DNA of 9,884 nt, from positions 1-9,884 of the forward strand of contig NW_021827848.1 in the NCBI RefSeq assembly GCF_006345805.1. Reading direction: 5' to 3'. The translations under genes and the position numbers were made by a program. Below are positions 1 through 7,821 of the stretch, in pieces. The DNA is from Octopus sinensis. Its lineage: Eukaryota. Each line of letters starts with the position of its first letter. The first letter of the stretch is position 1. Below the pieces are notes generated by a model. That model made no database searches. It saw only the letters and a program-made list of their open reading frames with translations, and was not told the DNA's origin.

Positions 1-282
1 TACCCTCCAAGGCGCAAGTAAGGGCAAGGTTGTATATGGAAGAATTCCAGTCGCCCATGCATACCGGCCTCCCCTCTCCACGCCACAAGTGTTATCCAAG
101 GGAAAGGCAAAGGGGCCGATACAGCTTGGAACCTATGACGTTGCAACTCATTTCTACAGCTGAGTGAACTGCAACAACGCGAAATAAAGTGTCTTGCTCA
201 AGAACACAACATGTAGACCGGTCCGGGATTCCAACTCACAACCTCACGATCGTAAGCTCGACGCTCTAACCACTGAGCCATG
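1..282 (-). mobile_element. tRNA-derived CORE-type SINE (octopus OR1/OR2-like); 3' end runs off the window
   Basis: On the minus strand: A box TGGCTCAGTGG (~271-281), D-arm GCTC/GAGC, B-box-like GAGTTGGAATCC (226-237), then CORE-like TTGTGTTCTTGAGCAAGACACTT...GTTCACTCAGCTG. Family name is from memory. Confidence 0.8.
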
Positions 283-293
283 GTACTTCACAT

Positions 294-298
294 TATAT

Positions 299-362
<64 letters not shown>

Positions 363-495
363 GATATATATATATATATATATATTATTACATATAAATA
401 ATATATACACAAACACACACACACTCATAAATGTATAAATAAACACACTTAGATATCTATAAATGTATACACAAACTCTCACACACACTCACACG
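294..495. repeat. (TA)n microsatellite followed by degenerate (CA)n
   Basis: Directly visible; accounts for ORFs 194..397 and 288..488. Confidence 0.97.
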
Positions 496-665
496 CATGT
501 ATCTGTATTGATTTATATCCTGTTACTATATTTATACATTTTATACGTATCTTTTTTCAAAATACTCAAGACTGAATGGTACTTGACGCCGGAGACTAAT
601 TGTTCGAGCGCCTCTGACACTTGTTGAGAGTGGATGGCAAAGCAAGTTAAGTCTGACCAGATCCT

Positions 666-860
666 ATCTGCTATAGGCGCAAGGCTTGAAATTTTGGAGG
701 AAGTGGGTCAGTCGATTTAATCGACACCAGTACGCAACAGGTACTTAATTTATTGACCCCGAAAGGATGAAAGGCAAAGTTGACCTCGGTGGAATTTGAA
801 CTAAGAACGTAGCGACGGGCAAAATACCGCTAAGCACTTCGTCCGGCGTGCTAACGATTC
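666..860 (-). mobile_element. tRNA-derived SINE, chain unit A (5'-truncated; tail type 'aggcgcaaggcttgaaattttgg')
   Basis: Shared body gaccccgaaaggatgaaaggcaaagttgacctcgg and B box GTTCAAATTCC on minus; stops at gctaacgattc. Confidence 0.9.
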
Positions 861-1057
861 TTTTTCACACAAGGGACAAGGCCCAAAATTCTGGGGGAGA
901 AGGCCAGTCGATTAGATCGACTCCAATACGCAACTGTTACTTAATTTATCGATCCTCGAAAGGATGAAAGGCAAAGTTGACCTCGGCGGAATTTGAACTC
1001 AGAACGTAGCAACGGACAAAATACCGCCAAGCACTTAGTCCGGCGTGCTAACGATTC
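861..1057 (-). mobile_element. SINE chain unit B (5'-truncated; same tail type as A)
   Basis: Same body; truncated at the same point gctaacgattc as A; shares the variants gcactt, gtccgg and caaaatac with A. Confidence 0.9.
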
Positions 1058-1242
1058 TTATCTCTGTATTGCCCACAAGGGGCTAAACATACAGGGGATA
1101 TACAAGGACAAACAAGGAGATTAAATCGATTACATCGATCCCAGTGCGTAACTGGTACTTAATTTATCGACTCCGAAAGGATGAGAGGCAAAGTTGACCT
1201 CGGCGGAATTTGAACTCAGAACGTAGCGACGGGCGAAATACC
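1058..1242 (-). mobile_element. SINE chain unit C (5'-truncated; tail type 'cccacaaggggctaaaca')
   Basis: Same body; truncated at gaaatacc; A/B-like head variants (gttgacc, gtagcgacggg) combined with a D-type tail. Confidence 0.9.
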
Positions 1243-1473
1243 TGTTTCTTTACCACCCACAAGGAGCTAAACATAGAGAGGACAAATAAGGACAGACAAA
1301 CGGATTAAGTCGATTATATCGACATCACGGGCGTAACTGGTACTTATTTAATCGACCCCGAAAGGATGACAGGCAAAGTCGACCTCGGCGGAATTTGAAC
1401 TCAGAACGTAACGGCAGACGAAATACCGCTTAGCATTTCGCCCGGCGTGCTAACGTTTCTGCCAGCTCGCCGC
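1243..1473 (-). mobile_element. SINE chain unit D with intact Pol III head
   Basis: Sense reads GCGGCGAGCTGGCAGAAACGTTAG (A-box-like, ~1453-1466) ... GAGTTCAAATTCC (B box, 1390-1402) ... GCCTGTCATCCTTTCGGGGTCGAT (resembles the Deu/Nin-type central domain, from memory) ... tail. Confidence 0.9.
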
Positions 1474-1496
1474 TTTATATAGTCTAATCAGATCTT

Positions 1497-1785
1497 ACTA
1501 AAACAGCATAGTTCCCATCACTTTCGGAAACATTTTTTTCACACTCAGAGTTGCTGAAGCGTGGCACAAACTACCTTCATCAGTTGTTAGTTGCCGAAAC
1601 ATTGCTTCCTTTAAAACTTCCTTTTTCCTGATACTCGTCAACACTACACCTGTTATCCCCACCTCCATACGCATGCATATTATGACTCTTACACTGTTCA
1701 CTTCCCTAACTTTTGAACATAATTATATTACCCTACATGCACCTTTGATGAGCTGTAATGTACCTGGGCACTATACACAATAATT

Positions 1786-1823
<38 letters not shown>
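1497..1823 (+). mobile_element. 5'-truncated CR1/L2-like LINE 3' end: RT C-terminus, 3' UTR and (ATT)12 tail
   Basis: With one extra T at 1533-1539 it translates as FRKHFFTLRVAEAWHKLPSSVVSCRNIASFK, matching the 'FFS.RV...WN.LP..VV......FK' C-terminal motif of CR1/L2-type ORF2; tail (ATT)n at 1788-1823. Confidence 0.8.
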
Positions 1824-2130
1824 TTTTCCTTCTTTCAAATTTGCTTCCATTTCTTGCCGAGTGTCTTCCCGACTCCTAGGGCAAAGAAACTCATAGTATA
1901 CATTGGTAGGCCATTAAACTAAACTCAATAATTCGTTCATTTTTTTTTAAGTTAAATTGAAATACCATGGGTAGTAATAGTTCTCACATCGACAATGCTC
2001 TTCTCAATACGTTGTGATGTACCAGTTAAGACACTCTTTTGCACTTCTTGCAGGGATGGTAAGCCAGGGATCATTCTCATATAATTTTCGGTTCCCTTCT
2101 TGATCATTCCTAGTGCTTTCACGATCACTG

Positions 2131-2134
<4 letters not shown>
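1824..2134 (-). mobile_element. 5'-truncated R4/Dong-like (restriction-like endonuclease) non-LTR retrotransposon 3' end
   Basis: Minus 2134->1984 gives IPVIVKALGMIKKGTENYMRMIPGLPSLQEVQKSVLTGTS/(+1 fs ~2012)VLRRALSM*, matching the 'PVV.GALG...LQK.VL.GT...LR' RLE C-terminus; ~160-nt 3' UTR; (TAA)n on both sides. Confidence 0.8.
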
Positions 2135-2178
<44 letters not shown>

Positions 2179-2185
2179 ATTATAT

Positions 2186-2226
<41 letters not shown>
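2132..2226. repeat. (ATT)n then (ATC)n compound microsatellite
   Basis: Directly visible. Confidence 0.97.
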
Positions 2227-2251
2227 TAAATTTTAAAGAGTTGGTGCTGAT

Positions 2252-2281
2252 GTGGCCGTTGGCAGAATTTGAACTCAGAAT
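2252..2281 (-). mobile_element. ~30-bp relic of the chain-SINE B-box region
   Basis: ggcagaatttgaactcagaatg matches ggcggaatttgaactcagaacg in units A-D. Confidence 0.6.
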
Positions 2282-2374
2282 GCGAGGAACCTGAATAGAT
2301 TAATAGTAAAGTAATTCAATCGGGCGCTCTAGCGATCGTTCCAATTCGACACCCTATTATCGTTGAGACGTCGT

Positions 2375-2419
2375 TGATGATGATGATGATCATGATCATG
2401 ATTACGATGATTATAATTA

Positions 2420-2470
<51 letters not shown>

Positions 2471-2547
2471 TATTATTATTATTATTATTATTATAAGGGT
2501 GATTTTGATTGCGGTGATAATGGTGACGATGGTGACGATGGTGATTA
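2375..2547. repeat. Compound trinucleotide repeat (GAT)n/(ATT)n/(GGT-GAC-GAT)
   Basis: Directly visible; source of the poly-I/N/H ORF. Confidence 0.95.
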
Positions 2548-2629
2548 AGATACACAGAGTTTGACGAAACAGATTTGCGCATGTCTGTTTATATTTTTAT
2601 GTGCGTCCAAAGACTAGCACACTAAAGCA

Positions 2630-2673
2630 CTCTCTCTCTCTCTATCCCTATCTATCTATCTTTCTATCTCTAA

Positions 2674-2710
<37 letters not shown>

Positions 2711-2846
2711 CAGACAAATACACACACACAGTTATTCAATCTATGTGTGCATGTGTTTGTATGTATTCACAGAAAACCAGTAACGACAAAATGAACGCAC
2801 AGGCGCACCCCGTTATTTAGAGTGTATGTTCGTTTAGGTTTCGACA

Positions 2847-2877
<31 letters not shown>

Positions 2878-3153
2878 AGAGGACAAAACTAATACCAATT
2901 CAAATACACACACACACACCACACACACACACACATACACTCTCTCTCTCTCATACACATGCGCACATACACACGCACACACATACCTATAAATTGGCTG
3001 TGTGTTTTCTATACTTTTGTGTATGAATGTGTGTGCGTGCGTGTTTTTGTGTGCATGATTCATTGTAACTGTGCTTGTGCTTTTTGTGTGTCAATATGTG
3101 TATCTATGAGTGTGTGTGTATGTGTGTGTATGTGTGTGTGTGTGCGCGCGCGC

Positions 3154-3197
<44 letters not shown>

Positions 3198-3430
3198 ACG
3201 CGCCCGTGAGCTTTAGAGTGTCAGTGTGAAAGTAAGTAGACCTACATAAACATTTAGACAAGTCTCCTGGTCATTTGAAGTATATAGTCAACACATTTAC
3301 ATATACACACACATACACAGGCAACCACCCATCCCCCGACATACATACGTACATACGCACAAACACAAACACATACACATACACACACATGCACACGCAA
3401 TCTCACTCACACACATACACCCGTACACAT
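2630..3430. repeat. Cluster of (CT)n, (CTAT)n, (CA)n, (TG)n and (CG)6 tracts in alternating orientation
   Basis: CA ~2676-2710, TG 2847-2871, CA/CT ~2905-2985, TG/CG 3110-3203, CA ~3296-3430. Confidence 0.95.
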
Positions 3431-3889
3431 AGCCATGCTCTCTTCTGATTGGCTGATGGACAAGTGGCGTGATCTTGACAAAATAACTTCAGCAGGCGCT
3501 ATGGAAAAGATTGCCAGGGATTTTCGGGCTATCGGGTTAGGGATCAATCTAGAATAGTAAACAATTAAAGGGGGGAATTCGTAGGGGCAAGGGAATTTAG
3601 ACGTACGTTGTAGGGTTACCAATGTGTATATGTATGTGTGCGTATGTGGGTACGTTTTTTTTCTCCTTGTGTGTGAGTGTGTGTGTGTGTGTGGTTGTGC
3701 GTGAGTGTCTATGTATGGGTACGTGTCGGAGTATATGTGAAGGATCCGCCTTTTTGTGGGTATTTTTTTTTTTTAGTAATCGTGCTAATAGCTGGAATTA
3801 TATGATGTGGCCCCTCGGTGGTATTTAAGTTTTCGTCCTTCACCATTGTAACATGAAATAAAAAAATAAAAAAGCAATGCAAAAAAAAT

Positions 3890-4130
3890 TACAAGCCAAA
3901 GAGGGAACTCGAACATCTGTGTAGCCGTCCAATACGCTAGAAACAGCAGCTAAGTGTCTCTAAATTCACAACATCCTACGACATGTTTCTAGAGAAGGCC
4001 ACATTGGGTAATATGATCCTGGATCTGTTGCGCATAAAACACGACGGGGTTGCCACGACTGGCATTTCTTTAGTATTTTACCATAGGTTTATTTGATCAC
4101 TTACTACCTAGGGCTAAAAACAACAGCAAT
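3890..4130 (+). mobile_element. Degenerate interspersed repeat (probable old octopus SINE segment ending gggctaaaaacaac)
   Basis: gctagaaacagcagctaag...cacattgggtaat...catagg...gggctaaaaacaac resembles a common octopus repeat as I remember it; the tail resembles the ggggctaaaca of the chain SINE. Confidence 0.4.
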
Positions 4131-4254
4131 TCTTTGTGATCGTCAAATCTGATAAAAGAAATGAGAATCCAAATATTTGTTAAACTAAAGATTGGAGTTT
4201 TGTGACAAATCACAATGGATAGATGTAATTTTACGTAACCTGAGTTTTTTTTTC

Positions 4255-4440
4255 CTTCGTCTCAGTGACCATGTTGGGGCATTGTTTTGAGGGGTGTAGT
4301 CCAACAAATCGACAGCCCTCTACTTATTTCTAAGTCTGGTACTTATATTATCGGTTTTCTTTTGCTGTTATGGGGACGTCAGCGAAACACCACTGGTTGT
4401 CAAGCAGCGTGATGATACGTAAATGTAGACACATATACAC
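4255..4440 (-). mobile_element. Degenerate 3' half of an abundant octopus SINE
   Basis: accatgttggggca...aacaaatcgac...ctggtactta...atcggt..cttttg...ggggacgt...ggttgtcaagc; includes the atcgac/ggtactta motifs shared with the chain SINE. Family assignment is from memory. Confidence 0.6.
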
Positions 4441-4458
4441 ATACATATGTATGTATGG

Positions 4459-4557
<99 letters not shown>

Positions 4558-4572
4558 GTGTGTGTGTGTGTA
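4440..4572. repeat. (TA)n + long (TG)n microsatellite
   Basis: Directly visible. Confidence 0.97.
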
Positions 4573-4785
4573 TACATAACTTAGATAACTTAGATATGTT
4601 TCGACCAAAGATTGGTCCAGGCCATGTCTAACTTAATAGCACCACCAGATAGGATTATTCGAATCCTGTTTAAGTCAAGATTCGAATCATATACAATTAT
4701 GTGTGTGTATACATGTTCACACACTCACTCACACACATACGCATGCACGCACACACACACATACACATATATGGCCGGATTTTAA

Positions 4786-4855
4786 ATAGTTTCCGTGTAT
4801 GAAACTATACACGGAAAAATGGCCACTTACTCTATATAAAGTAAGTGGCCATTTT
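4786..4855. other. Two abutting perfect hairpins (11-bp and 16-bp stems)
   Basis: tttccgtgtat 4790-4800 / atacacggaaa 4807-4817; aaaatggccacttact 4816-4831 / agtaagtggccatttt 4840-4855 with loop ctatataa. Confidence 0.9.
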
Positions 4856-5107
4856 ATTAGATACCTTTTGCTGCAGTGTTGCTAATGTTATACGACTTTC
4901 TTTGTATCTTGGCCCACCAGCTCTTCATTCAACTGAAGAATCTGTACCTAACTCTTCCAAAAATCTCAGAAATACGATTCTTTCTACACTGACGAGAGAC
5001 AAAATCATTCTACCTGTTGATTCTAATGTCAGTGAAGATCGAGATGATAAGACGTTGTGACGTAGGTAAAATGTACAGCAATGGTCTTCACCTGTTTCCG
5101 GTATCTC

Positions 5108-5561
5108 CTGGCAGAAACGTTAGCACGCCGGGCGAAATGCTTAGCGGCATTTCGTCTGCGTTACGTTGCGAGTTCAAATTCCGCCGAGGTCGACTTTGCC
5201 TTTCATCCTTTCGGGGTCGATAAATTAAGTACCAGTTACGCACTGGGGTCGATGTAATCGACTTAATACCTATGTCTGTCCTTGTTTGTCCGCTCTGTGT
5301 TTAGCCCCTTGTAGGTAGTAAAGAAATAGATATTTCGTCTGCCGTTCCGTTCTGAGCACGCCGGGCGAAATGCTTAGCGGTATTTCGTCTGCGTTACGTT
5401 GTGAGTTCAAATTCCGCCGAGGTCGACTTTGCCTTTCATCCTTTCGGGGTCGATAAATTAAGTACCAGTTACGCACTGGGGTCGATGTAATCGACTTAAT
5501 ATCTATGTCTGTCCTTGTTTGTCCGCTCTGTGTTTAGCCCCTTGTGGGTAATAAAGAAATA
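5108..5561 (+). mobile_element. Dimeric insertion of the chain SINE flanked by an 11-bp TSD
   Basis: Copy 1 5108-5329, linker 5330-5356, copy 2 5355-5561; ggtatctcctg at 5100-5110 and 5562-5572. Confidence 0.92.
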
Positions 5562-5628
5562 GGTATCTCCTGAATTGTTTATTGTAAAGGGTAACAGATT
5601 ATTTCCTCAGAAGATTTAGGGTATAGTG

Positions 5629-5971
5629 ACTGGTGTTTTGGATGAAATGCAAGAGGAGTTTCTTGAGTCGAAGTTCAAATCCCCAGCTAAGGAAGACTTC
5701 AAAGAACTGGATCTTGAAACGTTCTGGATCAAGTAACTTCCTGTTTACCCTCTGATCGCCTATCAGGCTCTTCGGATTTTATCTACGTTTGGATCCACGT
5801 ATCTTTGTGAAACTGCATTTTCCACGTTCGTTGCTGTCAAAACCAACAACAGAAACAGGCTGAGCGTTGTGCAACAACAGAAACAGGCTGAGCTTACGTT
5901 GTGCACTCTCTGCCATTCGTCCACGCATTCAAGATCTTGTAGCTAAGAAGCAGTGTGAAGTATCTCACTAA
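5629..5971 (+). pseudogene. hAT (Buster/Charlie-type) transposase C-terminal dimerisation-domain remnant
   Basis: LDEMQEEFLE...LETFWIK*LPVYPLIAYQALRILSTFGSTYLCETAFSTFVAVKTNNRNRLSV / LRCALSAIRPRIQDLVAKKQCEVSH*. The TYLCE..FS, RNRL and terminal SH* motifs are typical. In-frame TAA at 5734-5736 and a frameshift at ~5870-5893. Confidence 0.9.
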
Positions 5972-5989
5972 TAATGTGACTAATTCATA

Positions 5990-6223
5990 AAATAATAATA
6001 AAAAATGCACCCTTTTTAAAGCCTAGCCAGGTTCATGGGCCCGGTTTCCCGGTTTCTATGGCGTATGTGTTCCCCAGCTGGACGGGACGCCAGTCCATCG
6101 CAGCGTTACTCATTTTTGCCAGCAGCTGAGTGAACTGGAACAACGTCACCCGGTCCAGGAATCGAAACCACAATCTTACTATCATGATGCTGACATCCTA
6201 ACCACTAAGCCACGCGCCTCCAC
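5990..6223 (-). mobile_element. CORE-type tRNA SINE nested in the hAT 3' region, with 13-bp TSD and (TTA)n tail
   Basis: A box TGGCTTAGTGG, B box GGTTTCGATTCC, body GCGATGGACTGGCGTCCCGTCCAG; TSD tgactaattcata at 5977-5989 and 6224-6236. Confidence 0.92.
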
Positions 6224-7140
6224 TGACTAATTCATATTCAATAAAAATACTTAATACATATTTTAGATTTTATTTAAAATCTGGGAGGGAATTTTATTCA
6301 TAGCTACAAGGGGGACGTGGAGAGAAAGACAAATTCCTAAGGGAGGCTTGGTAGTAAAAAGGTTAAAAACCTCTGGTATAGTTACTTGAAAGCACTCTCG
6401 GTGGAAACAGGATCATCTTCGCGATACTAACTTCGCCATAATACGTAAACATGACAACTGAAATTCTGTCCGTTATGTGTGATGCTACGCTTAGTGGATA
6501 AGTCGCGCGGAACTACGTGTTGGGTGCATCACAAACACAGCTTAAGCTGGCTGTTAGAAAAAGGGATTATACAAACTTGAAGAATTCTAAAGTCTTGAAT
6601 GTTGAGGAAATTCGTCATTTTGCAATATCTACATAGTTTCGCAAAGCTTAATAAACAAATACAGATGATCCATAAATAGATAACAAATAGAATGCTTATA
6701 CAACACTGCCAGTACTTTGTGCTTCAGGACATATAAATACATAGATTGCTTCGGTGAAAATATCTATTTTAGACTCCCAAATATCAAACATAAATCACTC
6801 CGGAAATAATTTAGTTCTAATTTATTTGGGAAGAAACGTTTGAAGATAGACGAATTGATAAAGTGCTATTAATCAGTGTTGCAAAAAGAAACGATAAAAC
6901 AATAACAACGTATCGTGGTTCAGTATATACGAGAAATATTCAACTGGTCATCAAAAACTACTCTAAAATGATATATAGCTTGTTAAATCAGATATTGATC
7001 CTCGCCAATAAACTACTGCTCTTATCCGTTCCAACGATGGATGCATTTTGATCAGGGATACTGGAGGCTACGTAAAGTGATGAATAACATTCAACAGATC
7101 TTTCTAATAATTCATCTTTTTAATAATTCATGTAGTTTGC

Positions 7141-7237
7141 GCAGGCTTAGCTATGGTCGTGGTTTCAGTCCTACTGTACAGTACCTTGGGCAAGTGTCTT
7201 CTCCCATAGCCCCGAATGGAATGATGCCTTGTTAGTG
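7141..7237 (+). mobile_element. Degenerate CORE-SINE head fragment
   Basis: B-box-like ggtttcagtcc (7161-7171) followed by the CORE hallmark ccttgggcaagtgtctt (7184-7200). Confidence 0.65.
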
Positions 7238-7358
7238 TGCATGTGTATATGTTTGCATCCAGTAGCTAAACGCCCAATCGTCAGTACACACTTTGAATAG
7301 CAAGTCTGCTGTAAAAAGTCCATACCATCCAAACAACCGCGTCAAATTGTTTCCTTAC

Positions 7359-7453
7359 GTATAAAAAAATGTCCTACCATAAATTAGATGTGCATGATTA
7401 GATCTCTCTAACACTACTAACGATTGAGCATGCTGCACATGAAACTTCGACAC
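7359..7453 (-). CDS. Candidate 95-nt internal exon of an unidentified gene
   Basis: Minus strand: ctctaaactttcag|GTGTCG...TTATAC|gtaagg; one open frame VSKFHVQHAQSLVVLERSNHAHLIYGRTFFY; non-repetitive sequence. No homology recognised. Confidence 0.3.
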
Positions 7454-7490
7454 CTGAAAGTTTAGAGACCCACAGGCATAATTATTTTAA

Positions 7491-7532
7491 TACAAACACG
7501 CACACAAAGGTACACACACACACAGACACACG

Positions 7533-7599
<67 letters not shown>
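7491..7599. repeat. (CA)n microsatellite
   Basis: Directly visible. Confidence 0.97.
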
Positions 7600-7601
<2 letters not shown>

Positions 7602-7821
7602 AAACAAACATGTTTGTTTTTGGAACGCATTTTTGGAGCAGGGAAAAATTTGAAAGTCAATTTTTTTTCGAACTTACTTAAATACAAATGGAAACACTTC
7701 ATAACACAATCTTAATATCTTATGATCTGTTATTCGGATCTACGTTTGATTTGAAGTTTATTCTTATGTATGTTTAAGTGATTTTATGAAGAAGCTCAAA
7801 ATTGAACGTAGGTATCAATAA

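Larger units (their letters stand above)
5629..6375 (+). mobile_element. Right half of a hAT DNA transposon, with right TIR at 6361-6375
   Basis: ggttaaaaacctctg = rc CAGAGGTTTTTAACC, a Charlie/Buster-like TIR. It is followed by gtatagtt, with TA at positions 4-5 as in Buster target sites. Confidence 0.8.

Noticed and set aside
226-282. Functional tRNA gene (also 6160-6222)
   Set aside because: Acceptor stem is not closed and the sequence continues into SINE CORE; these are SINE heads.
666-1473. CRISPR-like or satellite array; ribozyme within the SINE (cc-GAAA-gg and gtcgat/atcgac hairpins)
   Set aside because: Units are ~190-230-bp SINEs with Pol III boxes and no unique spacers; no CUGANGA core on either strand.
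1505-1585. Minus-strand CUGAUGAAGG...CCGAAAG hammerhead-like match
   Set aside because: It is antisense to the LINE coding motif, with only a 2-bp stem II and no stem I; chance match.
3740-3780. aagg/cctt hairpin plus ttagt as a Helitron 3' end
   Set aside because: 4-bp stem and no CTRR; too weak.
4845-5060. 71-aa ORF / possible plus-strand terminal exon; CUGAAGA and CUGACGA words
   Set aside because: No recognisable homology, length is within chance, and no properly placed GAAA or stems.
6451-6636. Protein-like frame MTTEILSV...*VARNYVLGASQ... and a strong minus-strand acceptor at 6551
   Set aside because: The frame has an internal stop and no known motif; all three frames after the acceptor stop within 40 nt.
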